From Streptomyces sp. (GTDB lineage: Bacteria; Actinomycetota; Actinomycetes; Streptomycetales; Streptomycetaceae), in the NCBI GenBank assembly GCA_036569285.1, contig DATCQX010001103.1, positions 19,528-83,527 of the forward strand: a stretch of DNA of 64,000 bases, read 5' to 3'. Positions 57,952 through 64,000 of the stretch are shown here, in pieces; positions within the stretch are counted from its first letter, which is position 1; each line of letters starts with the position of its first letter. The notes under the pieces were generated by a model that ran no database searches, was not told the origin of the DNA, and saw only the letters and a list, made by a program, of their open reading frames with translations. The position numbers were made by a program, and so were the translations under genes.

Positions 57952-58728
57952 ATGGACGGCACCGACGCCGGACGCCTGCTGGCCTTCGCCCTCGACGTCA
58001 CCGCGGCCCCCGGCAACAGCGGACACAGCGCCCACTACCGCAGCCTGCTCGACCGCTACCGCACCGACGCCGCATTCCGGCATCTGGTCGACGACATCCT
58101 CGAAGGAGCCGGCTGCTCCGTGGCCCTGGCCGACCCGCATCACGGGCTGCTCCTCGACACCGAGCTCGACGGCCCCTGGGCCTGGCCCCGGCGCACGACA
58201 GACCTGCCCTGGAACAAGAACTTCGAGGATGTCTCGGCCCGCGCTGCGCGGCTGCTGGTCCCCGTCGCGCTGCTCGCCTACGTCGCGCCCTCTGCCGCCG
58301 ACTTCGACGACCTGCTGGCCGACCCCCTGGCCGTGGCCGCCACCTTCACCGCCTCCCAGCTTGCCGACTTCATCACCGGCTTCGCCCGGCACAAGGAGGA
58401 GGAAACCGCCGACCCGCCCGAAGACCAAGCCCCTCTGTGGTGGCACTGGCTGCAACTGCCCGCCCACGCGCCCGCCAGCAAACGAGCAGGACGCCGTGAC
58501 AGGACGTACCTCGTGTACACAGTCCTGACCTTCCTGCACGGTCAACGTCTGGTCGCCAAGACCACAGGCACCACCGTCCGCGACAGCGTCTACCGCCCCC
58601 GCAGGCTGCTCCTGGCGCGCTGCCGGGCCATGCTCGCCGACCACCTCCTCCAAGACCTGCAGACCTACGCCACCACCGGCACGCAACCGCCCTCACCCAG
58701 CGATGCCGGACCAGAACCCGAGGAGTAA
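57952..58728 (+). CDS. jetB: Wadjet JetB-like KITE subunit
   Basis: RLLAFAL..Y..LLDRY..D..FR..VD.I..G pattern. Positioned between jetA and jetC. Confidence 0.72.
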   Translation: MDGTDAGRLLAFALDVTAAPGNSGHSAHYRSLLDRYRTDAAFRHLVDDILEGAGCSVALADPHHGLLLDTELDGPWAWPRRTTDLPWNKNFEDVSARAARLLVPVALLAYVAPSAADFDDLLADPLAVAATFTASQLADFITGFARHKEEETADPPEDQAPLWWHWLQLPAHAPASKRAGRRDRTYLVYTVLTFLHGQRLVAKTTGTTVRDSVYRPRRLLLARCRAMLADHLLQDLQTYATTGTQPPSPSDAGPEPEE

Positions 58729-58731
58729 ACC

Positions 58732-61700
58732 GTGGGACCCCTGCGCGGCTTCCGAGTCGTCAACCTCCGCGTCCGGGACAAAGTCGCCGTCCCCGACCTC
58801 ACGGTCGACCTGACCCAGCACACCCACACCGTGATCGGCCTGGAAAACGGCGGCGGCAAGTCGACCCTGCTGGCCTTCCTCCTCCACGTGCTGCTGCCGC
58901 GGGCCGACTACTTCCTGCCCCGCATCGCCCAGCGCCGGCAGAAGAAGCAGGGACAGGAAAAACGCATCGAGCACTACGTGCCCGGAGGCCCTCCCACGCA
59001 CGTCATCCTCGAAGTCGAAACGCCCCTGGCCAGCCCCCAACAGGCCCCGCAGCGCTTCTTCCTCGGCGCCTGCCTGGCCAAGCCGGCCGCAAGCAGCGAA
59101 GACGATCCCGTCTCCGAATACTTCTGGGCGCTGCCCGCCTCCGCCCACAGCCCCTCCCTGGCAGCCCTTCCACTGCGCAGCGGCCACCGCCTGAAGGACC
59201 ACAACGAGTGGCAGACCCACGTCACCGAACTGCGCAGCCGCTACCCCGGCACCGGTATCCAGCACACCGCCAAACAGAACGACTGGGACCACTACCTGCG
59301 CCAAAACCTCAAGATCGACGTCGAATTCGTCAAGAGCTGGCTCCTGGCCATGAACCAGGACGAAGGCGCAGCCGATCACGTCTTCACCTACGCGACCTCC
59401 CGAGACTTCCTCAACAGCCTCGTCAAGGCCATCGCCTCACCGGACCTGATCGCCCAGCTGAAGGCCGCCCTGACCCGCCTGGGAGAAGACGCCGACCGCC
59501 TCGCACTGGACCGCCGGCGCCTGGACCTGTTCAAAGGCCTCGTCCATCACACCGAAGCGCTCGCCGTCCACCGCCACCACCTCAAGGAACTCCAGACCAG
59601 CCGCCTTCTGTGGATCGACCACCTACTGACCGCCCGCCACCACCTGGAGCGCCAAAGCACCGACCAGGACGCCCGCCTCGTACGCCATCGACAGACCCGA
59701 ACGGAAGCGGAAGCAGCCCAGCACAGCACTCTGGCGGCGTACACCGACGCACACGCCCGCCAGATTGCCGGCAAACTGCAGCTCGCCGAGCTGCAGTTGC
59801 ATCACACCCAGCAGCAACTGGATGCCAGCACACAAGAGTTCACCCAGGCCGAAGCGGACGCCGCCGCAGCTGACGCGGCTGCCCTGATCGTCCAGCTCGA
59901 CACCGAGCGACAGCACGTACAGGACATCAGCGCCACCCTCGCAGCACGCGGCCAGGATGCCGAACCCCAACGCCGCCGCGCCGCATCCGCCGCCCTCGCC
60001 CTGACCCAGCGCCTGGACCAGGAGACTGCACGGCTGAAAACCGAACACGCCACCCACACCGCCGCCGAACAAGAAGCGCACGAAGCCAAGGCCCTGGCAC
60101 ACACGGCTCTCCTCGACGCCGCCAACCACTACGCCAGCGCCGACACCCGCCTGCAGGCCTGCCAGACGGAAAGGGGCCGCATCGACAACGCCCTGCGCGC
60201 CGCGGTCCGCGACGGCGTGCTGGACGCCGACGAGCACCCGGACACTGCACTGCAGGCAGCCGTGAACCGCCAGGACACCCTGCACACCGAACACCACGAC
60301 ACGCAACGCGAGCACAACCGTCTCACCGGCCTGGCAGCACAACTCACCGACGCACAGCGCCTGCACGTGGAGCAAGCCGTCCGGGCCCGTGCAGACCTGA
60401 ACGCACAGGAGAAACTCCTGCAGCAGCTGCAGGACGACACAGACACCCTCACCCGCCAACTGCACGCCAGCGCGCTCATCGACTTCGACCCGATCCAATT
60501 GACGGACCACGACCAGGCAATCGCTGAACTCCTGTCCCTGGCAGCCGACCAGGCCAAGACACGGGAACTGGACGCCGCCGTACAGGCCACCGCTGCACGC
60601 CGGGCCGTGGCAGCCCTGGAGACCACCGCCCTCCTGCCGCCGCGGCCCGCAGTGGCCGAGATCTGCCGCCGCGCCGCCACCCACAAGTACGGCGCCCGCA
60701 GCACCTACGCCTACCTGGCCAACCTGCCTGCCCCGGCGGCCGAAGCCATCGTGCGCGACCACCCGGCCCTCGCCGACGGCATCATCGTCAACGTCCCAGA
60801 CGACCTGCACGACGTGGTCGACCTGGCCCGCCAAGCACGGGCAGACCTCGACGCCCCCCTGGTCATCACCACCCCCCAGGCCCTCGAAGCAGCCACCCCC
60901 CTGCCCGAGGACATCGTCGTCATCCTGCCCGACGAAGCCCACTGGTCCCATCCAGCGGCCCGCACCCAAATCGAGGACCGCCACACCGAGGCCGACCGCC
61001 GCGAGCAGCACCGCCACGACCTCGGCAGCCGTTACGACCAGGCCCAGAACCTGCGCCGCAGCGTCCTCGACTGGAGCGAACGCATCGGAGCACACCGCCT
61101 CCACAGCGCCGAACAAGACGCCCAGACACTGCGGACGCGCTACGAAGAGGCGGACCGCGTCCGCGCACAGACGCAGCAACAACTCACCGACACCGCCCAG
61201 CAGATCGAGACAGCCCAACAGCGATTGCGCGACCTGCACGAAGAGATCAACCGGACCACCGAACAGACCGGCCTGCTCCGAGCACTCGCCCAGCAGGCCG
61301 CCCGCTGCAGCGAACTCGACGCCGAAACACTGCAGGCAGAAGAAGACAAACAGCTCGCCGACCGTGCAAGCGATCGAGCCCGCACCGACCTCCAGAACGC
61401 CGAAACCCGCCAGATCCAGGCCCGCAAGGCCTGCGAGCACATCAACGCCGCCCTGCGCGACCTGCGCCACGCAGCCGTCACAGCCCAGAGCCTGCGCGAC
61501 GACCTGGCCACCGACACCGACCGCGCCGACCCCTCGGACGCCTGCCTCGACCTCGGCACGCTCACAGAAGTGGCCACATCCCGCCACCGCCACTGGAGCG
61601 CGGCCGTCAGCGACCCGCAGCTGACCGCGGAACAGAACCTGCACCGCGACCAGGCCGCAAAACTCCAGCAGAAGCTCGACAGCCAACCCCCACCCATCCA

Positions 61701-63354
61701 GGAGGCCGCCCGGGCCCTGCGCGAGAACCACCCCGCCCGCAGCGCCGCCGACCACGAGCAGACCGCAGGCTGGGCCCGACAACAGCTCCTGCTCCTCAGC
61801 ACGACGATCGGCACACTGAAGAGCAACGTCACCCACCAGCACACGGCCGTCGACGAGGTCAAAGCAGAACTGCGCAGACTGCGCCGCACCTCCCACGTCG
61901 AAGCGGACGACCGCGCAACCACCATCGAGGAAGCCGCACGCGTCCTCGCCCGCCTCACCGCCGCCCGTGAAACAGCCCTGACCGCACGCACCCGTGCCGA
62001 ACAGGCCCTGGAAGCAGCCCAGACAGAACTGGACCACGCCCGAGCCTGCCGGGACCTGACCACCCAGGCCATCAACGCGCTGCAGGCCGACCTGCCTCTG
62101 CTGGCGTCCTCAGGCGGACTCATCCCCGCCGTCGACCTCGAAGACCGCGCCTTCCACGTCCAGGGCCGGCCACCCTCACCTCCTGCCCCCGACGCCGTCC
62201 AGCACCTGATGACCCTGGCGAGCACCGACCTGTCCGACGCCGAACCCGACCAGGCCACCGCCGCCCTGGACGACGGCCGCACCGCACTCCAGAGCGACAT
62301 CACCGCACTGCACCGCCGCCTCGGCCAACGCGAAGCCCTCGCCACCCGGCAGCTCGAAGAACTCGAAGCCGCCCTGCGCGACGCCCACCCCGACGTCGTC
62401 TCGGGCGACAAGCTCGTCCTCATGCTCCGCGGGCTGCGCCGTACCAGCCTCCTACAGGACGCCGACGCCCATCACCACGACACCAACGAACGACGAGCGC
62501 TGCTGCAAAACCTCGTCGACTCGTTCGACACGCGCGTGGAAGACCTCAGCCGCACCGCCTTCGCCGCCGTCCAGGAACTCCTGCGCGGTGTCCAGGCCAC
62601 CGTCCACGACTCTCACCTGCCCACCACCCCCGCCCTGGGACGCTGGGCCGGCCTTCCCCTGCTCAGACTCTCCGGCCTCGACATGAAGAAGGACCAGCGC
62701 CGCACCGCGATCCTGTCCCTGCTGCAGACATGGTTCGACCCCCACACCCGCCACGTCCGCCCCGACTTCGACGCCGACGCCACCATCCACCGTCTCGTCG
62801 AAGCCGCCACCCCCGCCTTCAGCGCCCGCGTCCTGATCCCTTCCGACCCTCTCGATCCCCAGCACAAGCCCGTCGACCGCCTCGCCGTGGAGACCTCCGG
62901 CGGCGAAGGCGTCACCTTCGCCCTCATCCTCGCCGCACTGCTCGCAGCCCGCCGCGCCGCCGTTCACGGCCACCGCCACACCACCCTGCTCCTCGACAAC
63001 CCCTTCGCCAAAGTCACCAAACCCGCTTTCCTCCGCCTGGCCCGTGACATCGCCACCTCCCTCGGCGTCCGCTTCATCCCCCTCACCGGCATCCGGGACC
63101 TCGGCGCCCTCACCGTCTTCCCCGGCCTCATCCAACTGCGCGTCTCCCGCAGGGAGAACGCCAACATCGTCGTCCCCTACCGCATCACCGACACCGACCT
63201 GCAACCCCTCCTGCACGACGGCACCCTGTACGTCTCCGCCACCGAACGCGACACCGACACGCCCCCCGGCCCGGCAGCAGGGACCTGGCCCACCCTCTCC
63301 GCCGTCACCGTCCGCACCACCACGGACCCCCTCGACGAAGAGGCCCGTCCGTGA
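58732..63354 (+). CDS. jetC: Wadjet JetC SMC-like ATPase (type III-like)
   Basis: Walker A LENGGGKST, MNQDEG, long coiled coils, signature TSGGEG and Walker B LLLDNPF. Confidence 0.88.
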   Translation: MGPLRGFRVVNLRVRDKVAVPDLTVDLTQHTHTVIGLENGGGKSTLLAFLLHVLLPRADYFLPRIAQRRQKKQGQEKRIEHYVPGGPPTHVILEVETPLASPQQAPQRFFLGACLAKPAASSEDDPVSEYFWALPASAHSPSLAALPLRSGHRLKDHNEWQTHVTELRSRYPGTGIQHTAKQNDWDHYLRQNLKIDVEFVKSWLLAMNQDEGAADHVFTYATSRDFLNSLVKAIASPDLIAQLKAALTRLGEDADRLALDRRRLDLFKGLVHHTEALAVHRHHLKELQTSRLLWIDHLLTARHHLERQSTDQDARLVRHRQTRTEAEAAQHSTLAAYTDAHARQIAGKLQLAELQLHHTQQQLDASTQEFTQAEADAAAADAAALIVQLDTERQHVQDISATLAARGQDAEPQRRRAASAALALTQRLDQETARLKTEHATHTAAEQEAHEAKALAHTALLDAANHYASADTRLQACQTERGRIDNALRAAVRDGVLDADEHPDTALQAAVNRQDTLHTEHHDTQREHNRLTGLAAQLTDAQRLHVEQAVRARADLNAQEKLLQQLQDDTDTLTRQLHASALIDFDPIQLTDHDQAIAELLSLAADQAKTRELDAAVQATAARRAVAALETTALLPPRPAVAEICRRAATHKYGARSTYAYLANLPAPAAEAIVRDHPALADGIIVNVPDDLHDVVDLARQARADLDAPLVITTPQALEAATPLPEDIVVILPDEAHWSHPAARTQIEDRHTEADRREQHRHDLGSRYDQAQNLRRSVLDWSERIGAHRLHSAEQDAQTLRTRYEEADRVRAQTQQQLTDTAQQIETAQQRLRDLHEEINRTTEQTGLLRALAQQAARCSELDAETLQAEEDKQLADRASDRARTDLQNAETRQIQARKACEHINAALRDLRHAAVTAQSLRDDLATDTDRADPSDACLDLGTLTEVATSRHRHWSAAVSDPQLTAEQNLHRDQAAKLQQKLDSQPPPIQEAARALRENHPARSAADHEQTAGWARQQLLLLSTTIGTLKSNVTHQHTAVDEVKAELRRLRRTSHVEADDRATTIEEAARVLARLTAARETALTARTRAEQALEAAQTELDHARACRDLTTQAINALQADLPLLASSGGLIPAVDLEDRAFHVQGRPPSPPAPDAVQHLMTLASTDLSDAEPDQATAALDDGRTALQSDITALHRRLGQREALATRQLEELEAALRDAHPDVVSGDKLVLMLRGLRRTSLLQDADAHHHDTNERRALLQNLVDSFDTRVEDLSRTAFAAVQELLRGVQATVHDSHLPTTPALGRWAGLPLLRLSGLDMKKDQRRTAILSLLQTWFDPHTRHVRPDFDADATIHRLVEAATPAFSARVLIPSDPLDPQHKPVDRLAVETSGGEGVTFALILAALLAARRAAVHGHRHTTLLLDNPFAKVTKPAFLRLARDIATSLGVRFIPLTGIRDLGALTVFPGLIQLRVSRRENANIVVPYRITDTDLQPLLHDGTLYVSATERDTDTPPGPAAGTWPTLSAVTVRTTTDPLDEEARP

Positions 63355-64000
63355 CCCTCCACACCTCCAAGCCGCCCCAGGACATCCTCGACCTCTTCGC
63401 CGACACCCTGCTGAACACCGGCCGGGCCCGCCTGAACGCCCACGACCTGCACCGCCTGTGGGCCCAGGCCGACCCCGCCTGGCCCGACCCCGTCACCGCA
63501 CGCCTGCGGCTGGCCCACGCCCTGCATTCCCTGGCCGACGCCGGCCTGATCACCCTGCCCGCCCCCGCCGGCCGGCTCTGGGACACCGGCACCCCTCCTC
63601 TGCCCGCACGCATCGCCGTGCCCGCCCACTACACACCCTCCCGACAGGTCCTCGACGCCGCCGACGAACCCTGGGGGAGCGCGATGCAGTGGGCCCCCGG
63701 CTGGATCCGCACCGCACGCCCTCCCGCCCACCTGCGCCAGGACGCCGTCCGCATCAACCGCTGGTTCCTGGCCACCACCGGACAGCCCCGGCCCGTGATC
63801 GCCCGCGAAGAACGATCCCTGCAGATTTTCAACGACGAAAAACGCCTGGCCGCCCTCGCCACCGGCCCTCTGTTCGCCACCGGCCGCCTCACACTTGAAC
63901 ACCTCGCGTGCCAAGCACCCACCGGCGCACTGCGCATCGCCCTCCTCCACCACACCGGACCCCTCCTCGTGGTCGAGAACCGGGCCACCTTCGACTCCGC
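63351..64000 (+). CDS. jetD: Wadjet JetD TOPRIM nuclease (3' end outside window)
   Basis: GTG 63351 overlaps the jetC TGA. Manual translation gives REERSLQIFNDEKRL and LLVVENRATFDS, open to the window edge. Confidence 0.85.
   Translation, partial: MTLHTSKPPQDILDLFADTLLNTGRARLNAHDLHRLWAQADPAWPDPVTARLRLAHALHSLADAGLITLPAPAGRLWDTGTPPLPARIAVPAHYTPSRQVLDAADEPWGSAMQWAPGWIRTARPPAHLRQDAVRINRWFLATTGQPRPVIAREERSLQIFNDEKRLAALATGPLFATGRLTLEHLACQAPTGALRIALLHHTGPLLVVENRATFDS

Noticed and set aside
53781-62423. Long antisense ORFs (e.g. 53781..56348, 59623..62037)
   Set aside because: They are stop-poor shadows of high-GC3 sense genes and carry no motifs.
1-64000. CRISPR array or cas genes guiding TniQ (CAST); rRNA/tRNA genes
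   Set aside because: No regularly spaced repeats, cas operon or structural RNA signature was seen by eye. The Cas4-like nuclease is in a helicase operon.

Overview
High-GC actinobacterial DNA (Streptomyces-like, judged from tap/tpg/ttrA homologues) that looks like a subtelomeric or linear-plasmid accessory region. The window opens in a Qat defence operon (qatA 3' end, qatB, qatC). qatC is cut at 2383 by a TGT-capped Tn7/Mu-like transposon end with repeated GTTGAGACA sites, and qatD is missing. No matching second end is visible. To the right lie nested IS701/IS481 elements, a HigB/HigA-IrrE pair, a small basic peptide, and a type II CBASS whose Cap3 JAB peptidase is fused to a TIR-SAVED effector. 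Next is a tnsA-like/tnsB/tnsC core with two tniQ genes interleaved with telomere genes (tap, tpg, a second Tpg-like gene, a TtrA-like helicase). After that come a DUF5131/TcmP pair, a second atypical PolB-like plus terminal-protein-like pair, and a UvrD-like helicase. The right part holds sbcCD divergent from a four-gene operon resembling a split Dna2/TM0106 nuclease-helicase, a second TtrA-like helicase, and a type III-like Wadjet operon running off the edge. The best overall model is a single-ended telomeric transposon carrying defence and DNA-end-processing cargo. All family calls come from motif recognition by eye; no database searches were run. No rRNA, tRNA or CRISPR array was seen.
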